This document shows positions 55,306-64,000 of a stretch of 64,000 bases of DNA, in pieces (within the stretch, counting starts at the first letter, position 1; every line of letters starts with the position of its first letter). The notes below the pieces were generated by a model. That model was given only the letters and a program-made list of their open reading frames with translations, was not told the origin of the DNA and searched no databases. The position numbers were made by a program, and so were the translations under genes. This DNA is from an uncultured Steroidobacteraceae bacterium (GTDB lineage Bacteria; Pseudomonadota; Gammaproteobacteria; Steroidobacterales; Steroidobacteraceae): assembly GCA_964657945.1 (NCBI GenBank), contig CAZZWM010000001.1, positions 321 through 64,320 on the forward strand, read 5' to 3'.

Positions 55306-56609
55306 GGGCGCTTGGGATCGAAGTGTTTCTTCAAACCCAACCAATGGGTCATGTAGTCGGATTGCAATCCCGGCATGCCCTGCAATGCGCTGCGCGAGGG
55401 TTTTATGGGATAACGCGACTCGAACATAATGGCCATGGTGTCGGCGAGGCGCGTCGGCGTCGAGGTGTCCGCGGTCGAGGCCTTGTCGAAGGTCGCCGCG
55501 TCCGGTCCGTGCGCACTCATGCAGTTGTGCAGCGAGGAGCCGCCCGGCACGAAGCCCTCGCTCTTGGCATCGTATACGCCGTGAATGAGTCCCATGAATT
55601 CGTTGGCGACATTGCGATGGAACCAAGGCGGTCTGAAGGTGTTCTGCGCGGCCAGCCAACGCGGCGGAAACACCACGAAGTCGATGTTGCTGGTGCCCGG
55701 CGTGTCGCTGGGCGAATGCAGCACCAGGAAGATCGAGGGGTCCGGATGGTCGTAGGAAATCGAACCGATGGTGTTGAAACGGCGCAGATCGTATTTGTAA
55801 GGCACGTTGTTGCCATGCCACGCCACCACATCCAGCGGCGAGTGGTCCATCCTGGCGGTCCAGAGTCTTCCCAGGAATTTGCCCACCAGTTCGCAGGCTG
55901 CATCCAGATCTTCATAGGCGGCGACGGGCGTGAGGAAATCACGCGGGTTTGCCAGGCCGTTCGACCCGATCGGTCCCAGATCCGGCAACTTGAGCGGCGC
56001 GCCGAAATTTTCACATAGATAGCCGCGCGCGGTGGATGCGGGGCCGCCGGCTGCGGCGACCCGGAAGCGCAGGCCCCGCGGAATCACCACGATTTCCTGC
56101 GGTTCCGCATCGATGTGTCCGAGTTCCGTGTCGATGCTGAGCGTGCCCTGCTGTGGGACGATGAGCAGCTCACCGTCGGCACTGTAAAAATAACGCCGCT
56201 GCATCGGCCGATTCAAGGCAAACAGATAAATCGCGCAGCCGATGTGTTCATCGGGCGAGCCGTTGCCGGCCATGGGATGCAGGCCGTCGATAAAATCCGT
56301 GGGGAGGTGGGGCTCCGGCAGCGGGTCCCACCGCAGTTGATTGGGCGAGGGAGTTTCAGCACTCAATCCCTGATCCAGACGGCCGTGCGCCAACGCGGTG
56401 AACGGTTGGTGGGTGACGGCCGGACGGATCCGATACAGCCACGTACGGCGATTGAGGGCGCGCGGCACAGTGAACGCAGTCCCGGTGAATTGCTCGGCAT
56501 AAAGACCGTAGGGACAGCGTTGCGGCGAATTTTGCCCGCGGGGTAATGCACCCGCCAATGCCTCGCTGGAGAATTCATTGCCGAAACCGCTGAGGTATTC
56601 GTCAGGCAC
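55302..56609 (-). CDS. hmgA: homogentisate 1,2-dioxygenase
   Basis: 435 aa. [79 protein letters not shown]. Confidence 0.9.
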   Translation of the reverse strand: MPDEYLSGFGNEFSSEALAGALPRGQNSPQRCPYGLYAEQFTGTAFTVPRALNRRTWLYRIRPAVTHQPFTALAHGRLDQGLSAETPSPNQLRWDPLPEPHLPTDFIDGLHPMAGNGSPDEHIGCAIYLFALNRPMQRRYFYSADGELLIVPQQGTLSIDTELGHIDAEPQEIVVIPRGLRFRVAAAGGPASTARGYLCENFGAPLKLPDLGPIGSNGLANPRDFLTPVAAYEDLDAACELVGKFLGRLWTARMDHSPLDVVAWHGNNVPYKYDLRRFNTIGSISYDHPDPSIFLVLHSPSDTPGTSNIDFVVFPPRWLAAQNTFRPPWFHRNVANEFMGLIHGVYDAKSEGFVPGGSSLHNCMSAHGPDAATFDKASTADTSTPTRLADTMAIMFESRYPIKPSRSALQGMPGLQSDYMTHWLGLKKHFDPKRP

Positions 56610-56657
56610 GCTGCGCTCCCAATGCCATGCTTTGGCGCGCGATTGTACAGCACCGCG

Positions 56658-57764
56658 CTACAGGTCGTTGGCGACGGGCCGAGTCAGCTGTTGCATGTCG
56701 ATTTTGTCGTCTTCGACTTCCGAGTGGGGGCTGAGGAAACTCAACAGCGGTTCACCCCCGCGGGAGTGCGCCGCAACCACCTTGAGCGTGACCAGTGCCG
56801 GGGTTGCCAGGATGATGCCGGCAATACCCCAGAACAGTCCGCCGAACCACAAGGCCAAAAACACCAACATGGGATTCAGTTCCAAACGTCTTCCGACCAG
56901 CAGCGGTTGGATGAACTGTCCTTCGAGAGTGGCCAGTCCCAGGAAGCTTGTTCCGACGGCAATGATGCGGCCGGGCGCATCGAAGGAGATGATGGCGACC
57001 GCCAGCAGCACCAGCAGAGTCATGGTCGGCCCTGCGTAGGGCAGGAAGTTGAGCACGGCCGCAACAACTCCCCACAACAAGGGGTTCGGCATGCCGCACA
57101 GCTGCATCGCCACGGCCGTGGCCAGGCCCAGTCCGAGATTGATCAGGGCGGTGGTCACATAGAACCGGCCGACTTCTTTGCGAACCTGTTCGATGCAAGC
57201 GACGATGTGCGGTGACGTCAAGTCGCTGGCAAATGCGGCCGTCATCCGCGCCAGCATCGGCGGTCCGCCGGACAACAAGAACAAGGTGAGTATCACCACG
57301 GTGACGCAGGAGAGAACCGCGCCGCGGGTCGCGTCGAACAACATCAGCGGCGCGCTTTCCTGCGGTGTCGGCGCCGCAGGCGGCGCGCCTTGGGCAGCAT
57401 GCTGCGCGGCCGGGGCCGCCCCCAAATTGTCGGCAGCCGCCCTTAATTCTCCGATACGAGCCATGACCACCGCGAATGGGCGGATTTTTTTCTCTATCAA
57501 TCGAAAGGTGTGCGGGGCGGCGGCAAACCACTGTTGTGCCGGCTCTGAAAACATGTTCGCCAAGCCGGCCAACGACCCCAAGATGGCGACCATGAGCACG
57601 GCGGCGCTTACGCTGCGGGGAATGCGCCATTTCTTCAGCGCCTCGACCGGTCCGGACAGGACCAGCGAGAGCAGCAAAGCCAAAGCGATGGGAACGAAGG
57701 CGACGTGCGCGAAGTAGAGCAGGGTGCCGATGGCGCCGGCAACCAGCAATCTCACCGCAGTCAT
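56658..57764 (-). CDS. AI-2E family (PerM/UPF0118) transporter
   Basis: The track start 57812 is TTG; I prefer ATG 57764 (MTAVRLLVAGAIG...). About 8 TM segments. Motifs NFLPYAGP and QFIQPLLVGRRLELNP..VFLALWFGG.FWGI.G..LA.P are characteristic of AI-2E. Confidence 0.8.
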   Translation of the reverse strand: MTAVRLLVAGAIGTLLYFAHVAFVPIALALLLSLVLSGPVEALKKWRIPRSVSAAVLMVAILGSLAGLANMFSEPAQQWFAAAPHTFRLIEKKIRPFAVVMARIGELRAAADNLGAAPAAQHAAQGAPPAAPTPQESAPLMLFDATRGAVLSCVTVVILTLFLLSGGPPMLARMTAAFASDLTSPHIVACIEQVRKEVGRFYVTTALINLGLGLATAVAMQLCGMPNPLLWGVVAAVLNFLPYAGPTMTLLVLLAVAIISFDAPGRIIAVGTSFLGLATLEGQFIQPLLVGRRLELNPMLVFLALWFGGLFWGIAGIILATPALVTLKVVAAHSRGGEPLLSFLSPHSEVEDDKIDMQQLTRPVANDL

Positions 57765-57818
57765 CCGACGCCTGGGTTTTTCTGGGAAATCGAGCAAGTT
57801 GCCATCCTGCAATCATGC

Positions 57819-57847
57819 AAAAACGAGCTGGCACTCCTGCCAGCTCG
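57819..57847 (-). terminator. Rho-independent terminator after the 68-aa hydrophilic protein gene
   Basis: Minus strand reads CGAGCTGGCA-GGAG-TGCCAGCTCG followed by TTTTT. This is a 10-bp GC-rich stem, 4-nt loop and U-tract, 47 nt downstream of the stop at 57894. Confidence 0.65.
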
Positions 57848-57893
57848 CGTTCAAGAAATTAGCACATGCCTGCCCCTGAAGGACGGTGGTCCT

Positions 57894-58100
57894 TTAGGAC
57901 TTGGAGCCTTCCTTGCGGTTCATGTCCGGGTTCTTGCCGCCGCTGCCGCCGGTCTGCTGACCGGAACCCGCGCGGCCGCCCTGATTTTGCTGGCCCGTGC
58001 CCGATCCTTGACCCTGCTTCTGCTTGTCGTTCGGCTGATCATTCTGCTGATCGGTCTGGTTCGGGGTGCGGGTGCCTGAGTTTTGACTGGTGTTGGACAT
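57894..58100 (-). CDS. 68-aa highly hydrophilic Gln/Gly/Asn-rich protein (hydrophilin-like)
   Basis: ATG 58100 with AGGAG ~7 nt upstream, and a strong intrinsic terminator 47 nt downstream. Product MSNTSQNSGTRTPNQTDQQNDQPNDKQKQGQGSGTGQQNQGGRAGSGQQTGGSGGKNPDMNRKEGSKS, with no hydrophobic core. Confidence 0.6.
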   Translation of the reverse strand: MSNTSQNSGTRTPNQTDQQNDQPNDKQKQGQGSGTGQQNQGGRAGSGQQTGGSGGKNPDMNRKEGSKS

Positions 58101-58298
58101 ACAGCATCTCCTGTGAAGTTGAATCGCTGATGACTATCGACGGCTGAAGCGTACGTCCGCCCTTGCAGAGTGCATGTCGGTGGACACCGAACCTGCCCGG
58201 GACCGCAGGATGGGCTGACTGTAGGAATGCGCCGACTCGGCCGAATCGGCCTAGAATGCGCTCATGCGGACGGCTGTTGGGTAACACAAGGCTTTGCG

Positions 58299-59477
58299 AT
58301 GGCACGAGAGAGTTTTCATTGGGATGATCCGTTGTTGCTGGATGCGCAGCTGTCGGATGAAGAAAAAATGATCCGCGACGCCGCGCGGGACTACGCGCAG
58401 GGCCAATTGGCCCCGCGGGTGCTCGAAGCGTTTCGCCACGAGAAGACCGACCCGGGAATCTTCAAGGAAATGGGCGGGGTCGGCCTGTTGGGCTCGACCA
58501 TCTCGGAGAACTACGGCGGCGGCGGTTTGAATTATGTCAGCTACGGGTTGATCGCGCGCGAAGTGGAGCGCATCGACTCCGGCTATCGCTCGATGATGAG
58601 CGTGCAATCCTCGCTGGTGATGCTGCCGATATTCAAATTCGGCACCGAGGTGCAGAAGCAGAAGTATCTGCCGCCGCTGGCGCGGGGTGATTCCATCGGC
58701 TGTTTCGGTCTTACCGAGCCGGATCACGGATCAGATCCCGGCAGCATGATCACGCGCGCGCGTGCCGCGCCCGGCGGCTTTCGGCTATCGGGCGCCAAGA
58801 CCTGGATTACCAACAGTCCCATCGCCGATGTCTTCGTGGTGTGGGCCAAGACCGAGGATGACGCGATCCGCGGCTTCATTCTGGAGCGGGGTTGGAAGGG
58901 TCTGGCGGCGCCGGCGTTGCACGGCAAGGTGGGTTTGCGCGCCTCGGTCACCGGACAAATATTGATGGACGAGGTATTCGTGCCCGAGGAAAACCTGCTG
59001 CCCGACGTGAGAGGGCTGAAGGGTCCATTCACCTGCCTGGATTCTGCGCGCTACGGCATCTCCTGGGGTGCACTGGGCGCCGCGGAGAGTTGCTGGCACA
59101 CGGCACGCCAGTACGTGCTCGATCGAAAGCAGTTCGGGCGCCCCCTGGCCGCCAATCAGTTGATCCAGAAAAAGCTGGTGGACATGCAGGTGGAGATCAC
59201 CCTCGGCCTGCAGGGCTGCCTGCGGCTCGGGCGCATGAAGGACGAGGGCATCGCGTCCGTGGAGATCACCTCCATCATGAAACGCAACTCCTGCGGCAAG
59301 GCGCTCGAGGTGGCTCGCACCGCCCGCGACATGTTGGGCGGCAACGGCATATCGGATGAATTCGGCGTGATCCGCCACGTCGTGAACCTGGAGGTCGTGA
59401 ACACCTACGAAGGCACTCACGACATCCACGCTCTGATTCTTGGCCGGGCGCAAACCGGCATCGCCGCGTTTTCCTGA
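58299..59477 (+). CDS. gcdH: glutaryl-CoA dehydrogenase
   Basis: The track ORF starts at 58170; ATG 58299 gives [36 protein letters not shown], the typical GcdH N-terminus. Motifs [42 protein letters not shown]. Confidence 0.9.
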   Translation: MARESFHWDDPLLLDAQLSDEEKMIRDAARDYAQGQLAPRVLEAFRHEKTDPGIFKEMGGVGLLGSTISENYGGGGLNYVSYGLIAREVERIDSGYRSMMSVQSSLVMLPIFKFGTEVQKQKYLPPLARGDSIGCFGLTEPDHGSDPGSMITRARAAPGGFRLSGAKTWITNSPIADVFVVWAKTEDDAIRGFILERGWKGLAAPALHGKVGLRASVTGQILMDEVFVPEENLLPDVRGLKGPFTCLDSARYGISWGALGAAESCWHTARQYVLDRKQFGRPLAANQLIQKKLVDMQVEITLGLQGCLRLGRMKDEGIASVEITSIMKRNSCGKALEVARTARDMLGGNGISDEFGVIRHVVNLEVVNTYEGTHDIHALILGRAQTGIAAFS

Positions 59478-59483
59478 GGAGCG

Positions 59484-60443
59484 CTATTTGACGATGCGCT
59501 CCGGCGGGGATCCGGTCACCACGGAGTAGCCGGCCGCCAGCCAGGCGTCGAGGCCGCCGTGCAACGGGCGCACCCGTTTGAAGCCATGATTCATGAGGAT
59601 TTTGGCGACGCGCGCGGCCGATGCTTCGCTGGGACAGGTGCAGTACACGATGATGTCGCGGTCGCGGGGCAAATCCTTGAGGCGCTGTCCGACTTCCGAC
59701 AGCGAGATGTTGAGGGCGCCCGGAATCCAGCGCGGTTCGAGGGAACGAGCGGTTGCGGAGCGTACGTCGATGACCACCGGCGCGGCGCCGGCCTGCATGA
59801 GCTCATACAATTCGTCGACCCTGATGCGGGCCATGCGCAGCAGCGCATAGAAGCGCGCGCGTTGCCACCACTTGTAAGCGATATAAATCGCCAGCAGCGA
59901 AACGCCGGCGATGACGATTGCGCTGCCGAATTGATCGAGCGCGTGCAGCAGTTGCTGTATCTGGGCGCGAAACAGCGCTCCCGCCAGCAGCGAAACGCCG
60001 GCCCACAAGGCGGCGGACAAGGTGCTCAACATGAGGAAACGCGGCCAGCCGATGCGCAGGGCGCCCGCCAACGGCGGCGCAATGATGGCCAGACCGGGAA
60101 CGAACTTGGCGATCACCAGCGAATTGACGCCCCAGCGTTCGAATCGCGTTTGCGTCTGGCTGACGCAGGAGTCGGGTTCGAGAGAAATCCGGCACAGCGT
60201 CTTGAGCACACGAATGCCGTACTTCTGTCCGACCCAATACCAACCGCTGTCGGCGATCAGGCATGCGGCCACGGAGCTCACGAACAATTCGCCCAGCGAC
60301 AGTTGGCCGCCGGCTGCAAAGGCCCCGGCGACGATCAAGGTCGGCACCGCCGGAACCGGCAACCCCATCTGGTCCAGCAGCACATTGAGAATCACGACCA
60401 TCAGGCCGTACTGAGACAATGCGAGTTCCAACTGCTGTGTCAA
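59484..60443 (-). CDS. DedA/VTT-family membrane protein fused to a C-terminal rhodanese domain
   Basis: 319 aa. The only candidate starts near the N-terminus are TTG codons (60443 overlaps the fsr stop as TTGA), so the start is uncertain. DedA part: YGLMVVILNVLLDQMGLPVPAVPTLIVAG...RFERWG..SLVIAKFVPG. Rhodanese part: VVIDVRS...IPGALNI....L..LPRDRDIIVYCTCPSEASAARVA..L...GF..V..L.GGLDAW. Confidence 0.8.
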   Translation of the reverse strand: MTQQLELALSQYGLMVVILNVLLDQMGLPVPAVPTLIVAGAFAAGGQLSLGELFVSSVAACLIADSGWYWVGQKYGIRVLKTLCRISLEPDSCVSQTQTRFERWGVNSLVIAKFVPGLAIIAPPLAGALRIGWPRFLMLSTLSAALWAGVSLLAGALFRAQIQQLLHALDQFGSAIVIAGVSLLAIYIAYKWWQRARFYALLRMARIRVDELYELMQAGAAPVVIDVRSATARSLEPRWIPGALNISLSEVGQRLKDLPRDRDIIVYCTCPSEASAARVAKILMNHGFKRVRPLHGGLDAWLAAGYSVVTGSPPERIVK

Positions 60444-61669
60444 TGTTTGCGCTGTTCGCTCTTGAGGTTCTCAATATTGGGCAGAAACGCGGCAACGCAA
60501 CCCAGCAGCGGCAGGAATGCGCAGATTTTGTAGACATATTCGATGCCGTAACGATCGGCCACGACGCCCAAGAGTGCGGCGCCGATGCCGCCGATGCCGA
60601 AGGCAAAACCGAAAAACAGCCCCGACACCGCGCCGACCTTGCCGGGTATCAGTTCCTGCGCGAAGACCACGATGGCGGAGAAGGCGGAGGACAGGATCAG
60701 GCCGATGAGAAACGTCAGAACTCCGGTCCATGTCAAATCGGCATAGGGCAGCAGCAGCGCAAAAGGCGCTATCCCGAGGATCGACACCCAGATGACGCGC
60801 TTTCGGCCGATTCGATCTCCCAGCGGACCACCGAGCAAAGTGCCCAACGCCATCGCGAGCAGGAACACGAACAGATGCATCTGCGCCGAGCGCACCGAGA
60901 CATGAAACTTCTCGATCAGGAAAAAGCTGTAGTAGCTCGAGATGCTTGCCACATAGAAGTATTTCGAAAACACCAACAGCACCAGAATACCGATGGACCA
61001 GGCGGCGGTGCGCGGCGACACCGGACTCACCGCGGCGGTCCTCGCACCGGTCTTGGAGCGGTTCAAATGCTGGTGCTTGTACCAGGTGCCGACCCGCGCC
61101 AGCAGCAAGATGGCTGCCAGGGCCGCGAGCGCAAACCAGGCCATGCTGGTTTGGCCGCGCGGCAGAATGATCCAGGCGGCAAGCAATGGTCCCATGGCGG
61201 AACCGCCATTGCCCCCGACCTGGAAAATGGATTGCGCGAGACCGTGACGGCCGCCCGAGGCGAGCCGCGCGATGCGGGAGGATTCGGGGTGGAACACCGC
61301 GGAGCCCGTGCCGATCGAGGCCGCTGCAACCAACACGCCGCCGTAGCTGGTGGCGTAGGCCATGGTGATCATGCCGATCAGGGTGAACGCCATGCCGACA
61401 CTCAGCGAATAAGGCTTCGGATGTTTGTCGGTATACAGACCGATCGCCGGCTGCAACAGCGAGGCGCAAATCTGGTAGGTGAGCGTAATCATGCCGATTT
61501 GCTCGAAGCTGAGCTGAAATTCGCCCTTGAGTATCGGATAGATGGCAACGATCAACGACTGCATCATGTCGTTGAGAAAGTGCGCACAGCTGAGCGCACC
61601 GAGGACATTGAAGCGCGTTTGCGCCGCCGGCGTCAGCGAGGCCTCGGCCGCGGTGAAATCTTTTGCCAT
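60440..61669 (-). CDS. fsr: MFS transporter, Fsr (fosmidomycin-resistance) family
   Basis: 409 aa. LGALSCAHFLNDMMQSLIVAIYPILKGEFQLSFEQIGMITLTYQ, GTGSAVFHPESSRIARLASGGRHGLAQSIFQVGGN, FSKYFYVASISSYY and YKICAFLPLLG are nearly collinear with E. coli Fsr. Confidence 0.9.
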   Translation of the reverse strand: MAKDFTAAEASLTPAAQTRFNVLGALSCAHFLNDMMQSLIVAIYPILKGEFQLSFEQIGMITLTYQICASLLQPAIGLYTDKHPKPYSLSVGMAFTLIGMITMAYATSYGGVLVAAASIGTGSAVFHPESSRIARLASGGRHGLAQSIFQVGGNGGSAMGPLLAAWIILPRGQTSMAWFALAALAAILLLARVGTWYKHQHLNRSKTGARTAAVSPVSPRTAAWSIGILVLLVFSKYFYVASISSYYSFFLIEKFHVSVRSAQMHLFVFLLAMALGTLLGGPLGDRIGRKRVIWVSILGIAPFALLLPYADLTWTGVLTFLIGLILSSAFSAIVVFAQELIPGKVGAVSGLFFGFAFGIGGIGAALLGVVADRYGIEYVYKICAFLPLLGCVAAFLPNIENLKSEQRKH

Positions 61670-61725
61670 GACTGCGTCTCTGTAAAAACCTACTACTTCG
61701 CCATGTGTCCTGCGAGAATGCCGCG

Positions 61726-63444
61726 ATGAAACGTTTCGAACCCTACGTCTTCCTGCGCGGGCTCACCTCCCGTTGGGACGTGCTGGCGTTCATCGTCGTC
61801 ATCGGGCTGATCGTGTTCCTGGGCGAGACCTCGCGCGGCTTGTTCGCGCCGCTCACACAGCTCGAGACAGTGCCATTATCACTCAATCCGTCGCACTTGC
61901 CCGAATACGCTGCGCGCACCACGTTTCGGATGCTGGCGGGCCTGTTTTTATCGCTGATTTTTACCTTGACCTATGCCACCTGGGCGGCCAAGAGCGAGCG
62001 CGCCGGCAAGCTGCTGGTGCCGATCTTGGACATACTGCAGTCGGTTCCGATCCTGGGTTTCATTTCCATTACAGTGGTGTTTTTCATGTCGCTGGCGCCC
62101 GGGCGGGTTTTGGGGGCCGAGTTCGCAGCGATTTTTGCCATATTCACGAGTCAAGCCTGGAACATGGCGTTCAGCTTCTATCAGTCTCTGCGCACCATCC
62201 CCACCGAGCTGACCGAAGCGGCTGATTCTTTCCGGTTGTCGCCCTGGATGCGTTTCTGGCAGTTGGAAGTGCCGTTCGGCATGCCGGCCTTGATCTGGAA
62301 CATGATGATGTCGATGTCCGGCGGATGGTTCTTCGTGGTGGCCTCCGAATCGATCAGCGTGGGCCACACCACGGTCGCGTTGCCCGGCGTGGGTTCCTAT
62401 ATCGCCCTGGCCATCGCACAAAAGAACCTGAGCGCGATTGGCTGGGCCATTGCCACCATGCTCATCGTCATACTGCTCTACGATCAGCTGTTGTTCCGGC
62501 CGTTGGTGGCGTGGGTCGATCGCTTCCGCGTCGAACAGGAACCGGGCGTCCCGCTTCCCGACTCCTGGGCATTGACCATGATGCGGCGCTCGCGGCTCAT
62601 CAGCGCGGCGACGCTGGCGTTTCACGCGGCCGTGCTGTGGACCAGCCGCGCGGGGAAGCGGCGCGAGCGGCCGGCGGCCGCGGCGCCCAAGCCGAAAAGG
62701 CGCAGTCTCGACCTGCTGTGGGTGGCGCTGATCGTGGCGGCGGTGGTGGCGGCCCTCTGGCATATCGTCGTCGTGCTGATCAGGAACACGCCGCTGAGCG
62801 AGGCCCTGCAAGTGTGCATGCTCGCGACCTTGACCATGCTGCGCGTATTCGTTTTGATCGCGCTGGCCAGTGTCGTGTGGGTGCCGATCGGCGTGTGGGT
62901 GGGCATGCGGCCGCGCGCGGCTCAGATGGTGCAGCCCGTGGCGCAATTCATGGCGGCTTTTCCGGCCAATCTGCTGTTCCCGATCGCCGTGTACGGCATC
63001 GTCACGTGGAAATTGAATCCGGACATCTACCTGAGCCCGCTGATGATTCTCGGCACGCAGTGGTACATCCTTTTCAATGTGATTGCCGGCGCCTCGCAAA
63101 TTCCTGCGGAAATGCGCTATGTGGCGGCGAACTTCGGGGTCACCGGCTGGCTTTGGTGGCGCAAAGTGGCGCTGCCGGCGGTGTTGCCTTTTTACGTGAC
63201 GGGCGCCATCACCGCCTCGGGCGGCTCGTGGAACGCCGCCATCGTGGCCGAGCTCGCCAGCTGGGGAGACACGCAGGTGCAAGCGCGCGGCCTGGGAGCG
63301 TATATCGCGGAAGCCACCACGGCGGGCGATTTTCATCGCATCGTGTTAGGTATAGGTACGATGAGCTTGTTCGTCGTGATCATCAACCGCCTGTTTTGGC
63401 GGCCCTTGTATTACTACGCCGAGCGCAAATATCGGCTGACCTAG
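61726..63444 (+). CDS. ABC transporter permease (NitT/TauT-like, double-length)
   Basis: The track start 61705 is GTG; I prefer ATG 61726 (MKRFEPYVFL). 572 aa with ~12 TM segments and two BPD-type regions (EAADSFRLSPWMRFWQLEVPFGMPAL; YVAANFGVTGWLWWRKVALPAVLPF). Confidence 0.8.
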   Translation: MKRFEPYVFLRGLTSRWDVLAFIVVIGLIVFLGETSRGLFAPLTQLETVPLSLNPSHLPEYAARTTFRMLAGLFLSLIFTLTYATWAAKSERAGKLLVPILDILQSVPILGFISITVVFFMSLAPGRVLGAEFAAIFAIFTSQAWNMAFSFYQSLRTIPTELTEAADSFRLSPWMRFWQLEVPFGMPALIWNMMMSMSGGWFFVVASESISVGHTTVALPGVGSYIALAIAQKNLSAIGWAIATMLIVILLYDQLLFRPLVAWVDRFRVEQEPGVPLPDSWALTMMRRSRLISAATLAFHAAVLWTSRAGKRRERPAAAAPKPKRRSLDLLWVALIVAAVVAALWHIVVVLIRNTPLSEALQVCMLATLTMLRVFVLIALASVVWVPIGVWVGMRPRAAQMVQPVAQFMAAFPANLLFPIAVYGIVTWKLNPDIYLSPLMILGTQWYILFNVIAGASQIPAEMRYVAANFGVTGWLWWRKVALPAVLPFYVTGAITASGGSWNAAIVAELASWGDTQVQARGLGAYIAEATTAGDFHRIVLGIGTMSLFVVIINRLFWRPLYYYAERKYRLT

Positions 63445-63458
63445 GCTTTAAGGTGACC

Positions 63459-64000
63459 ATGGACAACACGCCGCTGCTGCAATGTTCCGAAGTCCGCAAA
63501 GCTTTCCCAAAGCCCGACGGCGAGCTGTTGGTGCTGGAAGGCATGAATCTGGAGCTGCACGAAGGCCAGATCGTCGGTCTGCTCGGCCGCTCCGGATCGG
63601 GCAAGTCGACCTTGCTGCGCTTGATCGCAGGCCTCGCGGAGCCGAGCGCCGGTGATGTCAGATATCTCGGCAAACCGATTGCCGGCCCCGCGCAGGGCAT
63701 CGCCATGGTGTTTCAGAGCTTCGCATTGTTTCCCTGGCTCACGGTGTTCGAGAACGTTGCGTTGGGATTGGAAGCGCAGCGCATGTCGCGCCCGGAGATC
63801 CGCAAGCGTTCGCTGGCGGCCATCGATCTCATCGGTTTGGACGGCTTCGAATCCGCATATCCGCGTGAGTTGTCGGGCGGGATGCGTCAGCGTGTCGGCT
63901 TTGCAAGGGCGCTGGTGGTGCATCCGAACATCCTGCTGATGGATGAGCCCTTTTCGGCGCTGGATGTATTGACCGCCGAAACGCTGCGCACCGACTTCTT
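63459..64000 (+). CDS. ABC transporter ATP-binding protein (partial, 3' end beyond window)
   Basis: Not in the ORF track (runs off the window). From ATG 63459: MDNTPLLQCSEVRKAFPKPDGELLVLEGMNLELHEGQIVGLLGRSGSGKSTLLRLIAG (Walker A), LSGGMRQRVGFARAL (signature), ILLMDEPFSALD (Walker B). Confidence 0.85.
   Translation, partial: MDNTPLLQCSEVRKAFPKPDGELLVLEGMNLELHEGQIVGLLGRSGSGKSTLLRLIAGLAEPSAGDVRYLGKPIAGPAQGIAMVFQSFALFPWLTVFENVALGLEAQRMSRPEIRKRSLAAIDLIGLDGFESAYPRELSGGMRQRVGFARALVVHPNILLMDEPFSALDVLTAETLRTDF

Noticed and set aside
1-64000. Search for CRISPR arrays, IS elements or transposases, integrases, phage genes, rRNA or tRNA genes, and long direct repeats.
   Set aside because: None were seen in any frame or by eye. 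The repeats found are only short palindromes in intergenic regions. I cannot exclude small dispersed repeats (REP-like) without a computational self-comparison.

Overview
This is a 64-kb, visibly GC-rich chromosomal segment from a Gram-negative bacterium. It carries three TonB-dependent receptors, many Sec and lipoprotein signal peptides, and a GlgE/TreS alpha-glucan pathway. It is probably a gamma- or beta-proteobacterium, but I cannot fix the taxon by eye. I call about 51 tightly packed protein genes. Three are absent from the ORF track: two run off the window edges and one is a short overlapping ORF. There are also a few hairpins and palindromes. I found no rRNA, tRNA, CRISPR array, transposase, integrase or prophage genes, so this looks like core chromosome rather than an island.

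Gene blocks, in order:
1. 1-5.2 kb: a MocR regulator divergent from an operon of two secreted paralogs, an alpha/beta-hydrolase::protoglobin fusion, and a PhzF-like isomerase.
2. 5.3-14.8 kb: a metal-uptake region with DUF2946-TBDR-PepSY, then TBDR-nikR-TBDR.
3. 15-16.5 kb: a beta-propeller lipoprotein.
4. 17-24 kb: secreted M1 peptidase plus a coupled membrane protein, and an msrC-amidohydrolase-amidohydrolase-small ORF operon.
5. An orphan kdpE.
6. 26-36 kb: glgB-glgE-treS/pep2-(TM-helix protein)-treZ.
7. 36-42 kb: a very compact minus-strand operon, ggt / TIGR02466-like oxygenase / NYN-LOTUS RNase-like / sHsp / Lon.
8. cioAB plus a DUF2474-like micro-ORF plus a Crp/Fnr regulator.
9. cytochrome c-PQQ dehydrogenase, Na+/H+ antiporter, an S8 protease with a GlyGly-CTERM-like tail, kup, hmgA-fahA, an AI-2E transporter, gcdH, fsr-DedA::rhodanese, and an ABC transporter.

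The best candidates for something undescribed are the hydrolase-protoglobin operon, the ggt-to-lon five-gene operon, and the NikR-centred receptor region with its two unusual palindromes. None can be proven novel from sequence reading alone. All family assignments come from motif recognition and memory, not from searches.
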